Assembly (NCBI GenBank): GCA_963806855.1
Contig: CAWDYW010000001.1
Coordinates: 256,001-320,000, forward strand
DNA length: 64,000 nucleotides
Direction of reading: 5' to 3'
From: an uncultured Verrucomicrobiae bacterium
GTDB lineage: Bacteria > Chlamydiota > Chlamydiia > Chlamydiales > Rhabdochlamydiaceae
The notes below the pieces were generated by a model that was not told the DNA's origin, did no database searches, and saw nothing but the letters and a program-made list of their open reading frames with translations. The translations under genes and the position numbers were made by a program. Every line of letters begins with the position of its first letter. Within the stretch, counting starts at the first letter, position 1. Below are positions 10,500-21,585 of the stretch, piece after piece.

Positions 10500-11394
10500 T
10501 CACTTTTTCAAAGAGTTCTGCCGCATTATAGCTAGAGCGGATGAAGGGGCCGCAGTGCATGTACTTGACGCCAATTTTTAACCCATACTCTTCATATTTT
10601 TTGAAGGTGTCGGGATGGACAAATTCTTTGACGAGCAATTTTTTTCGATTCGCCTGCAAATATTGGCCAATGGTGATGATGGAGCAGCCAGCCCTATGGA
10701 GATCTTCAATGGTCTCTAACATCTCTTCCTGAGTCTCGCCGAGGCCTACCATGATGCCCGATTTGACGAAGAGCGATTTCCCTGACGCTTTGATGTAGCT
10801 GAGGATCTCAAGCGTCCGTTCGTAGGTCGCTTTGTGGCGTACGCGGGGACTGAGGCGGCGGACCGTTTCGATGTTGTAGTTGTAGATTTCGGGCGATTCA
10901 TTTAGGACAAGGTCGATCGAGCTCAATTTCCCTTCAAAATCAGAGGTGAGCACTTCGATAGTGCAGCCGGGATTCACCTTGCGGGTTTCTTTTATAATCT
11001 CTGCAATATGCGCTGCACCCCCATCAGGCAAATCGTCGCGCGCGACCATGGTGATCACGACGTGTTTGAGGCCTAGTTCCTTGACGGAAAGGGCGATCCG
11101 ATTTGGCTCATCTGGCTCGGGCCCTTTGGGGGTCTTTGAAAAATCGATATCGCAAAAGCCGCAGTTGCGCGAGCATTCTTTGCCAAGGGCTAAAAAGGTG
11201 GCGGTCTTTTTGGAGTAACACTCGAATCGGTTGGGGCACTTGGCCTCTTCGCAGACGGTATTGAGGCCATATTTCTTGAGGAGTTCGCCCGTTTTATAGA
11301 GCGCTCCTCCGGCCGGCAATTTTCTGTGTAGCCAGGAGGGGAAGCGGCCAAGATTCTCCTCCGGATTTGGAGGTAATACGTTTAGCTTATTCAT
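10492..11394 (-). CDS. lipA: Lipoyl synthase
   Basis: CEEAKCPNRFEC, radical-SAM CSRNCGFC and RSSY. Start moved to the ATG at 11394, overlapping the lpdA stop. Confidence 0.96.
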   Translation of the reverse strand: MNKLNVLPPNPEENLGRFPSWLHRKLPAGGALYKTGELLKKYGLNTVCEEAKCPNRFECYSKKTATFLALGKECSRNCGFCDIDFSKTPKGPEPDEPNRIALSVKELGLKHVVITMVARDDLPDGGAAHIAEIIKETRKVNPGCTIEVLTSDFEGKLSSIDLVLNESPEIYNYNIETVRRLSPRVRHKATYERTLEILSYIKASGKSLFVKSGIMVGLGETQEEMLETIEDLHRAGCSIITIGQYLQANRKKLLVKEFVHPDTFKKYEEYGLKIGVKYMHCGPFIRSSYNAAELFEKVNV

Positions 11395-12791
11395 CGCTTT
11401 CTTCTCGGGGGGAGATGAATGGGTGTATCGAGTGCCACCAACGCCGCTTCTAACCAGGCTTCGGCTACAGTGGGGTGGGCGTGGATCGTGTCGGCGACAC
11501 ATTCGGCGGTCAGTTCATTGTTGATTGCCAAAGTGATTTCCGCAATCAGGGTAGCCGCTTCGTGGCCGACCACTTGGGCGCCGAGAATTTGCCCGGTCTT
11601 TTTGTCGATGATCACTTCTGCAAACCCTTCTGTGTCGATGGTGGCAATCGATTTGCCGAGCGCTTGGAAGGGGAATTGACCAATCGATGCATCGTATCCA
11701 GCCTCTTTGGCTTGTTCGAGTGTCATGCCGACTGTCGCGATCTCGGGAGTGGTGAAAATCACAGCTGGGACTGCATTGTAGTGCATTTCCATTGGGCGGC
11801 CGATGATGTTGGATGCGGCGACGATCCCCTGATGGCTAGCGACGTGGGCGAGCATAACTTGCCCTGTCACGTCGCCGATCGCATAGATGCCGGGGACATT
11901 GGTCTGCATTTTGGAGTTGACGAGGACCGCTCCCCTATCGCTTAACTTTACGCCTGCTCTTTCAAGGCCGAGATTGCTCGAAATGACTTTTCGGCCGACC
12001 GAGACAAGGGCAAGATCAGCGTAGACAGGTTCTTGGCCGCGCAATTTGATGCTGACCCCATCGCCAGAGTACTCGATCCCTTCGACAAAGACATTCGTTT
12101 GGAGGTTGATCCCTTGCTTGGTGAATGCGTTTGTCATCACATTGGCGACCGCTTTTCCTTGGAGCGCCAAAATGGTCGGAAGGGCTTCGAGGATCGTCAC
12201 TTTCACCCCGAACGCATTGTAGAGGGCGGCAAACTCACAACCGATGTAGCCGCCGCCGATGATCGCGAGCGATTTGGGGAGTTTGGTCAGCTCCAAAATC
12301 GAGGAGGAGTTGAGGATTCGCTTGTGGTCATAGGGGAAGGCGGGGATGTCGAGCGGCTCAGAACCAGTGGCGATGATGATGTTTTCCGATTCGAGCATCA
12401 GATTATTGGCGCCGCTGACCTTGATCTCAGTAGTTGATTGAAACTGAGCTGTTCCATTGATGATCGTGATTTTATTAGATTGCAGCAGCCCGCCGAGACT
12501 TTTGCGGATTTTTTCAACCACTTGATCTTTGCGGCTTTTCATTTTGGAAAAATCAAATGAGACAGAGCCGGTCGTGATGCCGTAGTCTTGTGCCATTTTG
12601 ATTTTTTCCATGATGGTTGCATTGGCAAGGAGAGTCTTGGTTGGAATGCACCCAACATTCAGACAGCTGCCACCTAGAAAGTTCTTTTCGACAAGGGCGA
12701 CACTTCTTCCATTTTGTGCGGCTTTAATTGCTGCAACATAGCCGCCCGGCCCGGCCCCAATCACAATAACGTCAAATTTTTTCTTTTCCAT
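11391..12791 (-). CDS. lpdA: Dihydrolipoyl dehydrogenase
   Basis: GAGPGGY, GGSCLNVGCIPTK, GGGYIG, HAHPTVAE. Confidence 0.97.
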   Translation of the reverse strand: MEKKKFDVIVIGAGPGGYVAAIKAAQNGRSVALVEKNFLGGSCLNVGCIPTKTLLANATIMEKIKMAQDYGITTGSVSFDFSKMKSRKDQVVEKIRKSLGGLLQSNKITIINGTAQFQSTTEIKVSGANNLMLESENIIIATGSEPLDIPAFPYDHKRILNSSSILELTKLPKSLAIIGGGYIGCEFAALYNAFGVKVTILEALPTILALQGKAVANVMTNAFTKQGINLQTNVFVEGIEYSGDGVSIKLRGQEPVYADLALVSVGRKVISSNLGLERAGVKLSDRGAVLVNSKMQTNVPGIYAIGDVTGQVMLAHVASHQGIVAASNIIGRPMEMHYNAVPAVIFTTPEIATVGMTLEQAKEAGYDASIGQFPFQALGKSIATIDTEGFAEVIIDKKTGQILGAQVVGHEAATLIAEITLAINNELTAECVADTIHAHPTVAEAWLEAALVALDTPIHLPPRRKR

Positions 12792-12872
12792 TACATACCT
12801 CGTGATACTAGTTAGTGTACATTGAGTGAAAAAATAGTGAAAGTTTTATCCCGCTTGTGCCAAGATAAGGGC

Positions 12873-13358
12873 ATGAAAACGACAGATAAAGAGAAGATGT
12901 GTATGAGCTGCGAAGGGAGAATCCCCCTTAACGCAGACAAATGTTCCTTTTGTGGCGCAGAGCAAAAGAGTTCCTATCGAACCCCGATTTTTCAAAATCA
13001 ATCTTTAGAAGACAGCCTCGCCTCGCTTTATACTCCGCCCTACCAAGGCAAACGGCCTCAATTCACAAAACCCACTGAAGAACCCATGCAGATTTACAAA
13101 GAAGTGACGGAAAAACCGGAGATGGATCCCATTTTAGGCACCCTGCCTCAGGAAGAAGAGGTGCCTGCGAAAAGTAGCCTATGGACTACCGTCTTGCTCT
13201 TTGCCGGGGCCAATTTTCTTTTCTTGGGACTGATGCAACTCTTCTTTTCTAAGAACGGGATCTTACGCCTAGAGTGGGATGCCCATTACTGGTTCCTCTA
13301 TTGCCTCGTTGCAGCGCCCTGCCTATTTTTTGGATACAAAAAGTTCAAAGAACTGTAA
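12873..13358 (+). CDS. Membrane protein with N-terminal zinc ribbon (chlamydial conserved hypothetical)
   Basis: CMSC...CSFC pair and two C-terminal TM segments. Divergent from lpdA. ATG at 12873 preferred over TTG at 12822. Confidence 0.7.
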   Translation: MKTTDKEKMCMSCEGRIPLNADKCSFCGAEQKSSYRTPIFQNQSLEDSLASLYTPPYQGKRPQFTKPTEEPMQIYKEVTEKPEMDPILGTLPQEEEVPAKSSLWTTVLLFAGANFLFLGLMQLFFSKNGILRLEWDAHYWFLYCLVAAPCLFFGYKKFKEL

Positions 13359-13367
13359 TAGGTTTTG

Positions 13368-13715
13368 CTAACTAAGCCCGAATGCGACCTTTATTGCATC
13401 TTCCACTAATTTCATAACGTCTTCATCTACACTAGTCAGCTTTTTCCCAAGGCGAGATTTATCAACGGTTCTACATTGATTAAGCATGATCTTGGACGCC
13501 GTTCCATTTACATCCACTTTTGCTTCAAAGGAAAAGATTCTTTTGATTTTACTTGTGATGGGGGCTATTATGACTATTCCAGAAGCTGCATTACTGGAAT
13601 CGTTAGAAACTATTAAAGCGGGTCTAGTTTTTTTAGTTTCTGATCCCACAGCCGGATCGAGATTAACCCAATAGATCTCCCCTCGTTTTGGGAAGTTATT
13701 GTTTTTACCACTCAT
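13368..13715 (-). CDS. mazF: PemK/MazF family toxin
   Basis: RGEIYWVNLDPAVGSETKKTRPALIVSND, APITS, QCRTVDKSRL. Confidence 0.93.
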   Translation of the reverse strand: MSGKNNNFPKRGEIYWVNLDPAVGSETKKTRPALIVSNDSSNAASGIVIIAPITSKIKRIFSFEAKVDVNGTASKIMLNQCRTVDKSRLGKKLTSVDEDVMKLVEDAIKVAFGLS

Positions 13716-13965
13716 CTAAATCGCTACCCAATCCATCGCCAACAGTACTTTCCCAGTCGGCAATTGCTTCTCTCTGACCTTCATCTTCATTTGCTGCAAG
13801 GTATTCTTTTTTGAGCTCTTCCTTTTTATATTCCAATTCCTTACGAATAGCATCGCTCACAAACTGACTCATCTCGCGTCTTCTGACATATACATGCAGA
13901 TCCTTCGAGACATCTGCAGGTAGGGAGAAGGTTTGGTTGATCCTCTTTGATTCTTGCTTTCTCAT
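13705..13965 (-). CDS. Antitoxin (ribbon-helix-helix-like) of the MazF pair
   Basis: 86-aa ORF upstream of and overlapping the toxin. TFSLP..SQFVSDAIR and acidic tail W.STVGDGL. Confidence 0.8.
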   Translation of the reverse strand: MRKQESKRINQTFSLPADVSKDLHVYVRRREMSQFVSDAIRKELEYKKEELKKEYLAANEDEGQREAIADWESTVGDGLGSDLDEW

Positions 13966-14077
13966 ACTTTTATTGTACCATACGAATTATTAACTATGCA
14001 ATATTAATTAATAATATTTATAGAAAAAAATACAAACGCTTCATAGTAAACGACTTGCGTAAAACAAGGGATATATT

Positions 14078-15295
14078 TTATTTCACTTTAATGGCAAGAA
14101 GGGACTGGCTGCGCTTTGAGGCGACTAGTTGTATTGAAGCCATTATACAGAGCACTCCGCCCAATACAAGAGCTGGTGTCGAGCCGAAAGAGGTGCAGAG
14201 CAGTGTGCCGCAGAAGGGGACAAATAGCCCTCGTAATCCCACAGTGACCACATTGACAGAACTATACACGGAGCTATCCTCTTGCCGTGCGAAGAGAGGG
14301 CCAGAGAGGTGCCAAGAGAGCTCGCTTCCCGCTTGCATCACGCCGTAGATCAGATAGGCGATATAGATCCAACTGATTTGGAACTTAGCGCAGAGCAGCA
14401 GGACGGGGAAAAGGGCTGCTAAGACGGTCACCAGAGCGCTGAAATGATAGATGTTGAGCCGATCCATCCATCGGGCCCAAATATTGCTTGTGAGTGCAAA
14501 TCCAATCCCTTTGCAGGCTGCAATCGCAGCTGCCAAAGCTGTGTACGAGAGGGCCAATTCTTTCATGAAAAATTCAGGCAGGGCCGGCTGCATCAGCATC
14601 AGGCCGCTGCCACCGAGCATAAATCCAATTTGATAGTGAGTAAAGTCAGGGCGCGTTTTGAGCAATTGCCAACTATTTTTCCATGGACGCAATAGAGCTG
14701 CTTTCATGTCGAAGGGGATCTTTTCTAGAGGAGCTTTTGTCGTCGGGATCAGGAGTAGAAAGAGGGTGGCGATGAAACTGAGAAGAGCCGTCATTGGAAA
14801 AATGATCCGCCATATACCAGGCTCTATATCCATCCATCTGCCAAATAAGATTGGCAAAAGAGCCGCTCCCCCATTGGAGAGGATCGAGCCATAGGAGAAG
14901 GTTCGGTGCCGCTTGCCCTCGGGTAAATTTCGTTTGAGGATCTCCATCCAGGCCGGGATGATCCCCCGCTTCAGCATTAAAAAGATGCCCCCTGCCGCTA
15001 CGACAAACCAGGGGTTATCGATAAAGGGGAAAAAGAAAAACGGAAGGTGGCCGAGGAGTGTCGCGATGATGATATTCGAGCGGAGCCGATCGGGGCGATT
15101 GTGGACGAGGGCGCTCCAGTAGGGGGAGAAAAGAGAGAGGACCGGTTTGAGGGCGATCAGGCAGGTGATCTGGAGATAGGTGGCCTTGAGATCTTTGCTC
15201 AGGATAAAGAGCAGAAGCGCATACATGCCCCAAAAGGGTGCTTTTAGGAGGCTTGTCCAAATGAAGGCATGTATAGTTCTCTTATCATTACGCAT
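14078..15295 (-). CDS. MFS transporter
   Basis: 405 aa with about 12 hydrophobic segments. Coupled to the secA stop. Confidence 0.8.
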   Translation of the reverse strand: MRNDKRTIHAFIWTSLLKAPFWGMYALLLFILSKDLKATYLQITCLIALKPVLSLFSPYWSALVHNRPDRLRSNIIIATLLGHLPFFFFPFIDNPWFVVAAGGIFLMLKRGIIPAWMEILKRNLPEGKRHRTFSYGSILSNGGAALLPILFGRWMDIEPGIWRIIFPMTALLSFIATLFLLLIPTTKAPLEKIPFDMKAALLRPWKNSWQLLKTRPDFTHYQIGFMLGGSGLMLMQPALPEFFMKELALSYTALAAAIAACKGIGFALTSNIWARWMDRLNIYHFSALVTVLAALFPVLLLCAKFQISWIYIAYLIYGVMQAGSELSWHLSGPLFARQEDSSVYSSVNVVTVGLRGLFVPFCGTLLCTSFGSTPALVLGGVLCIMASIQLVASKRSQSLLAIKVK

Positions 15296-18272
15296 CTAAA
15301 TCTAGCTTAGAGAGATCGATCATAGGAGACATTGGCTTTTGCTCCATTTTGATTTGATCTGTCTTCTTTTTTGCACGAGGAAGATCGATCGTCTGCGTAG
15401 GTGGCTGCTGCTCGGGCATTCTCATTTCAAATTTGAACAGAGCATGGGCAATTTCCACTTTGATCTCTTTGCTCAATTGATCGAACAGGGCAAACGCCTC
15501 GTGTTTGAATTCGAGAAGGGGATCTTTTTGACCAATCGATCGGACGTTCACTTCAACTCGCAAATGGTCGATGTGAAGCAGGTGCTCCTGCCATCTAGCA
15601 TCGATTGTGCGGATGAGTAGATTGCGGATCACTTCGCCGATAATCCCTTCTGCGTCGACTTCATTCTTCGAGTGAGGATTTAGCGTCCGATGCATTGCTT
15701 GAATCGCCTTTTTCTGGTGTTCAACTTTAAGTTTAAAGGCCTCTAGCACCTTATCAGAAGCGCGTTTTTCCACTTGTTCAGCGGCTAGACGGTCGTTTTC
15801 AAATTCCTTTGCCTCGAAGGTAATCGGGAAGTGGGTAGAGAGCTGCCGTCTGTACCCTTCAGGATCCCAGGTGTTGCGGCTAGTGAAGAACTCGCTCGAC
15901 ATATCCATACAGACATGTTCGAGGATCTCTTCGGCAATCGGCACTGTATTTTTCGTGTGGATCACTTCATTGCGGAAGGCATAGATCTCCTGCCGCTGCT
16001 TATTCATCACATCGTCATATTCCAGCGTATGCTTGCGCATCGATATAATTGCGCTGCTCGATGCGCTTCTGGGCTGTTTCAATGGACTTGTTGAGAATGT
16101 TAGCAGAGATCGGCTCTCCTTCAGGAGGACGGAAACGTTGTAGGAACGCTGTGATGCGGGGAGAGGTAAAAAGGCGCATGAGGGAATCTTCAAAGGAGAC
16201 GTAGAACTTAGAGGATCCCGGGATCGCCTTGGCGCGCGCAGCGGCCGCGGAGCTGTCTGTCGATGCGGCGCGACTGGTGGCGTGTCGTTCCGATGACATG
16301 CAGGCCGCCCACTTCGGCGACGCCCTTCTTCAAGCTTAATGTCCGTTCCCCGGCCGGCCATGTTGGTCGCGATGGTGATGGCGCCCTCTTTGTCCTGCAT
16401 CGGCGACGATCTCAGCTTCTTTTGCGTGGTTTTTCGCGTTGAGGACGGTATGTTCAAGTTTGTTTTGACTTGAAAATGCGCGACAGTTTTTCAGAAACTT
16501 CGACCGATTCTGTTCCGATGAGGATCGGCCGTCCCTTGTTCGTGCACTTTTCGCATCTCTTTCAAGATCGCATTATATTTTTCGCGCTCGGTCATGTAAA
16601 TTTCATCATTGGCATCGTCGCGGTGGCAGGAACGGTGGGTGGGGATCTCGAGCACTTCGAGTCTTGTAGATCTCTTTAAACTCGTTAGCTTCCGTCATCG
16701 CTGTTCCGGTCATCCCGGCCAGCTTTTCATACATGCGGAAGTAGTTTTGCAGAGTGATCGTCGCATAGGTTTGCGTTTCGCCCTGGATGGCGACTCCTTC
16801 TTTTGCTTCGATCGCCTGGTGGAGGCCATCGGAAAAGCGGCGGCCAGGCTGTGGGCGGCCGGTGTTTTCATCGATGATGACGATTTTGTCCATCCTGCGA
16901 CGATGTAATCGACATCTTTCTCCATCAAGCAGATGGGCGCGGAGCAGCTGGCGCAGGTTGTGCGCGCGCTCTTTGCGCTTGGCATCCTCCTCGCGGCAGT
17001 TCAGCTTTGCCTGCAGCTTGTCCTGCATCATCGAGCCCGGTGATCTGCGTCGATTTTGAGCATATTCATGGCCCAAATCGAGCATGACAAAGTCATCGGT
17101 CTGACCGATGCCGTCCTGTCATCTCGACCCATGCAGTGGATCCCTTTATCGGTCAGTTCAAATTCATTGGCCTTTTCATCGACGATGATATAGAGCTCGG
17201 CCAGACGCCTTGTGCCGCTCTTCTTTGTTGGGCTCGGCATAGAAATAGATATCCCATTTGTCGATGTCCGCGCGGAGATCGGGATTTTCTTTCGATCGTT
17301 TGAGAATCTTGTTGTTGCGGCGTTCCTTTGCTGACGAGCCAGAGCTTGCGGAAGCCGCTTCTTCTTCATACTCTCTCTCTTCCTCCTTCGACAGCTTGTC
17401 TCTTCACCGATTCTTCGAACTGACCGAACTTTCGAGGATCTTGCGTGCATCGGTAGCCAATCTATTGCACAGATCGCGCTGGTCTCGGACGAGATTGGCG
17501 ACAGCCTCTTTGAGTTCGTCATACATCTGCGTCGACTGACTGGAGACGGGCCCGAAATAATCAGCGGCGTGCGCGCCTCATCGATCAAGGATCGAGTCGA
17601 CTTCGTCGATGATGGCAAAGAAATAGCCTCGTTGACACTGCTCTTCAGTGCTTTGACGCCATCGAGTTGTCGCGCAGATAATCAAAGCCAAACTCTGAGG
17701 CTGTTCCATAAACGATATCGGCCTGATAGACTTCTTTGCGCATGTGGTGAGGGGATGCTCGTTGTCGAGCGCATCCACCGTGAGTCCCAGCCAGCGGAAA
17801 ATCGAGCCGATCCACTCGCAGTCGCGCTGGGCAAGATAGTCGTTGACAGTCACAAGATGAACGGGTTGTCCCGTCAGGGCGTTCAGATAGAGCGGCATCG
17901 CGGCGGTCAGCGTTTTCCCTTCGCCCGTCTGCATCTCGGCAATCGAGCCATAGTGCATGGCAATCGCCGCCCAAAATCTGCACATCGTAGGGGATCATGT
18001 CCCATTTTTGGTCATAGCCCGAGACATGGACATCGGTTCCCACATGCGGCGGCAGACGTTTTTGACGACCGCATAGGCTTCGACAGCAGGTCGTCGAGCG
18101 TTTCTCCCTTAGCCAGGCGATCTTTAAATTCTTGGGTTTTGGCCTTAACCTGTTCATTAGAAAGGGATTGGAGAGCCTCTTCGGCCACATTGATTTTGCG
18201 GACGAGCTTGCTATACTTCTTAATTAAGCGTCCCTGAGCCGTGCCAAAAATTTTTTTAAATATGCCGAACAT
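15288..18272 (-). CDS. secA: Preprotein translocase SecA, broken by many indels (probably sequence errors)
   Basis: Fragments in shifting frames: [126 protein letters not shown]. Confidence 0.95.
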
Positions 18273-18361
18273 ATGTGATCCATAAGAGGTTAGGGTGAGT
18301 GTCTTCTCCATTATACTCGATCTTTGAGAAAAACGCAAAACAAGTGGTTAAGACTAAGGAA

Positions 18362-18381
18362 AACGCAAAGACGCAAAGACG
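18362..18381 (+). repeat. Partial (one-arm) copy of the CGCAAAGA element
   Basis: aacgcaaagacgcaaagacg in the secA-psd divergent intergenic region. Confidence 0.6.
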
Positions 18382-18464
18382 AGTAAATTCTATCTTACTG
18401 ATATTAAGTCAGATAAGAAATTGCCTTTTGCGGTAAAAAAAAACTTCATGGTAGGATTGATTGT

Positions 18465-19370
18465 ATGACCGATCTTTATGTTATCGACCGCGAATCAGGC
18501 AAAAAACTCGAAGAGAAAGTGCCCTATAAAAATGCGCTCCTTTTTCTCTACGGAAATCACCCATTTGCTTGGCTAGTGCGCCCTCTCATTTGTAAGCTTC
18601 CTTTTGTGTCGAAATTCTTTGGCAGTTTGCAGCGATGCCCCAGAAGCGCCAAACATATTGCCCCATTCATCGAAAAGTATGGCATCGATTCGGCTGAATT
18701 TCGGGATCCGGTCGACTCATTTAAGTGTTTTAATGACTTTTTCACTCGCAAACTGAAAGGATCGGCCCGCAATATTAACGATGGGAATGATATTGCGATT
18801 CTTCCGGCAGATGGCCGCTATCTCGCATTCCAAGACATCAATCACGAGCAAGGAATTTTTGTTAAAGGAAAGAAATTTTCGCTCGACAAATTGCTAGGCG
18901 ATAAAAAACTTGCCCACAAGTATGCTCAAGGCTCGATGGTCATCATTCGTCTTGCCCCTGTCGACTATCATCGGTTCCATTTTCCTTGCAATTGCATCCC
19001 TTCAAAAGCTGAGCTGATTAATGGTCCCCTCTATTCGGTCAATCCGATTGCCCTGCGCAAGAATATCGACATTTTAACTGAGAATAAGCGGATGATTACC
19101 CGGTTGAAAACAACCCATTTTGGAACGGTGCTGTTCATTGAGGTGGGAGCGACCTATGTCGGTTCGATCAATCAGACCTATGAGCCTGAAAAGCACTATG
19201 CCAAAGGGGATGAGAAGGGCTATTTTGCCTTCGGTGGATCGTCGATCATTCTCCTATTCGAGCCCTTCCGGATCCAACTCGACCAAGATCTGATCGCCAA
19301 TACCCACCATGGGTTCGAAACCTTGGGCAAATTAGGTCAAACGCTAGGAAAGGCCATTTCCCCCCTTTAG
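18465..19370 (+). CDS. psd: Phosphatidylserine decarboxylase proenzyme
   Basis: FNDFFTRKLK, PADGR, RLAPVDYHRFHFP, YSVNP and cleavage motif FGGSS. Confidence 0.95.
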   Translation: MTDLYVIDRESGKKLEEKVPYKNALLFLYGNHPFAWLVRPLICKLPFVSKFFGSLQRCPRSAKHIAPFIEKYGIDSAEFRDPVDSFKCFNDFFTRKLKGSARNINDGNDIAILPADGRYLAFQDINHEQGIFVKGKKFSLDKLLGDKKLAHKYAQGSMVIIRLAPVDYHRFHFPCNCIPSKAELINGPLYSVNPIALRKNIDILTENKRMITRLKTTHFGTVLFIEVGATYVGSINQTYEPEKHYAKGDEKGYFAFGGSSIILLFEPFRIQLDQDLIANTHHGFETLGKLGQTLGKAISPL

Positions 19371-19605
19371 TTATGCGGCGAAAATTGGTTCGATTATTTC
19401 TAACTCACTAAGAATCAAGGCGATATTCGCGCCGCTGATTTAAGGCGTGGATCAAATGGATCGATTTTATATAAGTTATTGATCCTTAAGCGACATGGTT
19501 GTAGCGTTGCCATTTCTGTCCTAAATCCCAAAAAGTCGTTCCTTTTTTGTGAAAAATTACACTTTTTTGAATGACTTTTTCTTCAATGCGAGCTAAACTG
19601 AGGTT

Positions 19606-20934
19606 ATGAAAAGAGATTTTTTTAAAAAATTGCTCAGATGGAAAGAGTCCGATTTGCGGAAACCTTTGGTTTTAAAAGGCGCCAGGCAGGTGGGAAAAAC
19701 GTATCTTTTAAAAGAGTTTACAAAAGAGTACGACGATCATGTCTATGTCAATTTTGACGAAGAGCCTCATTTCGCTAGTTTTTTTGCTGAAAATTTAAAT
19801 CCTGAGAGAATCATTAAGGAATTAGGAATCTACTTTAAGCAACCCATTCTTCCAGGAAAAACCTTAATCATCTTCGACGAGATTCAAGAGTGTCCCGAGG
19901 CATTAAACAGTTTAAAATATTTTTGTGAAAAAAAGAATGAATATCATGTTGCTACTGCAGGTTCGTTGTTGGGGGTTAAACTAAATAAGGGTTTCCCAGT
20001 AGGTAAAGTGAATTTTCTGGACCTGGCTCCTCTCAGTTTCTTTGAGTTTCTTGATGCCCTCGGTGAGAATTCTTTAAGAAACCTGATCGAAGAACTTGAA
20101 GAGCCGAAAAAAATTTCTGAAATTTTTCATGAAAAACTCCTTAAGCTTTTGAAATACTATTTTATTATTGGGGGGATGCCGGAGGCAGTGGCAACCTATC
20201 TCAAAAATGAGAATTTACAAGATGTAAGAGTCGTTCAGAAAGAGATTCTAGATGCGTATACATTGGATTTTGCTAAACATGCTCCTGAAGAAGAGGTGAT
20301 GAAAATTATGGCTGTTTGGGAATCGATTCCAAGGCAGCTTGCTAAAGAAAATAAGAAATTTATTTTTTCTGCAATTCGAGAAAGCGCAAGAGCAAAAAAT
20401 TATGAGACCGCAATCCAGTGGCTTAAAGATGCCGGACTTCTCCTTAAAGCGAATCTAATATCGACGCCAAAACTTCCCCTAGATGCATATGCCGACAAAA
20501 GAGCTTTTAAAGTTTACATGCTTGATGTCGGACTTCTGGGTGCAATGAGTAAACTGGATCCACGTGTGCTTTTAGAGGGGAATCAACTATTTCAGGAATT
20601 TAAGGGAGCGCTCACAGAAAATTATGTCGCAACACAGCTGCATGATCAACATTTTGATAATCTCTACTATTGGTCAAGTGAAGGAATTGCTGAGATCGAT
20701 TTTGTCGTTTCAACACAGCAACTTATTTTTCCTTTAGAAGTCGAAGCTGGCAATTCAAAACAAAAGAAAAGTCTGCTCGTCTATGAGCAAAAATTTTCTC
20801 AAGATGAAAACCCGCCCCCTGTCTTATCCAGAACTACCTTGCGCAATTTTGCTTATGAAGCGGCTATTATTAATTATCCCCTCTATGCGATAACCCTATT
20901 TCCTACTCTATACCGCAAGCGGGGCAGGGTATAA
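19606..20934 (+). CDS. AAA+ ATPase (AAA_14/DUF4143 type)
   Basis: Walker A GARQVGKT, Walker B IIFDEIQ, GGMPEAV, C-terminal EIDFV..PLEVEAG. Confidence 0.88.
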   Translation: MKRDFFKKLLRWKESDLRKPLVLKGARQVGKTYLLKEFTKEYDDHVYVNFDEEPHFASFFAENLNPERIIKELGIYFKQPILPGKTLIIFDEIQECPEALNSLKYFCEKKNEYHVATAGSLLGVKLNKGFPVGKVNFLDLAPLSFFEFLDALGENSLRNLIEELEEPKKISEIFHEKLLKLLKYYFIIGGMPEAVATYLKNENLQDVRVVQKEILDAYTLDFAKHAPEEEVMKIMAVWESIPRQLAKENKKFIFSAIRESARAKNYETAIQWLKDAGLLLKANLISTPKLPLDAYADKRAFKVYMLDVGLLGAMSKLDPRVLLEGNQLFQEFKGALTENYVATQLHDQHFDNLYYWSSEGIAEIDFVVSTQQLIFPLEVEAGNSKQKKSLLVYEQKFSQDENPPPVLSRTTLRNFAYEAAIINYPLYAITLFPTLYRKRGRV

Positions 20935-20946
20935 ATTGAACGGTGA

Positions 20947-21585
20947 TTATACGTCTTTGCGTTCTCTTTCCTTCAACCCGCCACAGATCGGACATTCGTC
21001 CACATCATGTTTGACTGCCCGACAATAAGTGCGGGCGAAGTGGATGATTTGCAGATGGAGCTTGGACCACGATTTCTCTGGGAAGAGGGCTTTCAAGTCT
21101 TTCTCGGTTTGCACGACATTTTTCCCATTTGAAAGTCCCCATCTTTTCGCGCACCGATGAATATGGGTGTCAACTGGAATGGCCGGGGTATGGAACGCAT
21201 GCGCCATCACTACTGAAGCGCTTTTGTGTCCAATTCCAGGCAACTCTTCCAACTCTTCAAATGTTCTCGGAACTTTACCGTTGTACTTGTCGACCAGGAT
21301 TTTCGAGAGGTGCCAGATCGCTTTTGATTTGGCTTTGGAGAGACCGCAGGTGTGGATGATTTTCTCAATTTGGGGGATGGTTAACTTGATCATCGCTGCT
21401 GGGGTTTTGGCCTTGGCGAAGAGGGTGGGAGTGACGGCGTTGACTCGTGCATCGGTGCATTGGGCTGAGAGGAGGACGGCGATCAGGAGGGTGTAGGCAT
21501 CGGTGTGATCGAGGGGGACGCGGGGTCGAGGGAAATACTCGCTCAGGACTTTTTGGACGAACTTGGCTCTTTCTTTTTTGGTCAT
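20947..21585 (-). CDS. nth: Endonuclease III
   Basis: LLSAQCTDARVN, HhH LPGIGHKSA, VDTHIHR and C-terminal Cys cluster. Confidence 0.95.
   Translation of the reverse strand: MTKKERAKFVQKVLSEYFPRPRVPLDHTDAYTLLIAVLLSAQCTDARVNAVTPTLFAKAKTPAAMIKLTIPQIEKIIHTCGLSKAKSKAIWHLSKILVDKYNGKVPRTFEELEELPGIGHKSASVVMAHAFHTPAIPVDTHIHRCAKRWGLSNGKNVVQTEKDLKALFPEKSWSKLHLQIIHFARTYCRAVKHDVDECPICGGLKERERKDV

Noticed and set aside
13947..14348. 133-aa plus-strand ORF next to the TA pair
   Set aside because: Spans the AT-rich TA promoter and the antisense of the MFS gene, with no recognisable features.
16000..18100. Programmed frameshifting or phase variation in secA
   Set aside because: Too many scattered indels of both signs, with no consistent slippery motif. 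Sequence error is more parsimonious.
19380..19600. Loose AAGT..TTGA-type dyads upstream of the AAA ATPase (similar loose motifs near 14035 and 18390)
   Set aside because: Too degenerate to separate from chance in AT-rich DNA without a motif search.
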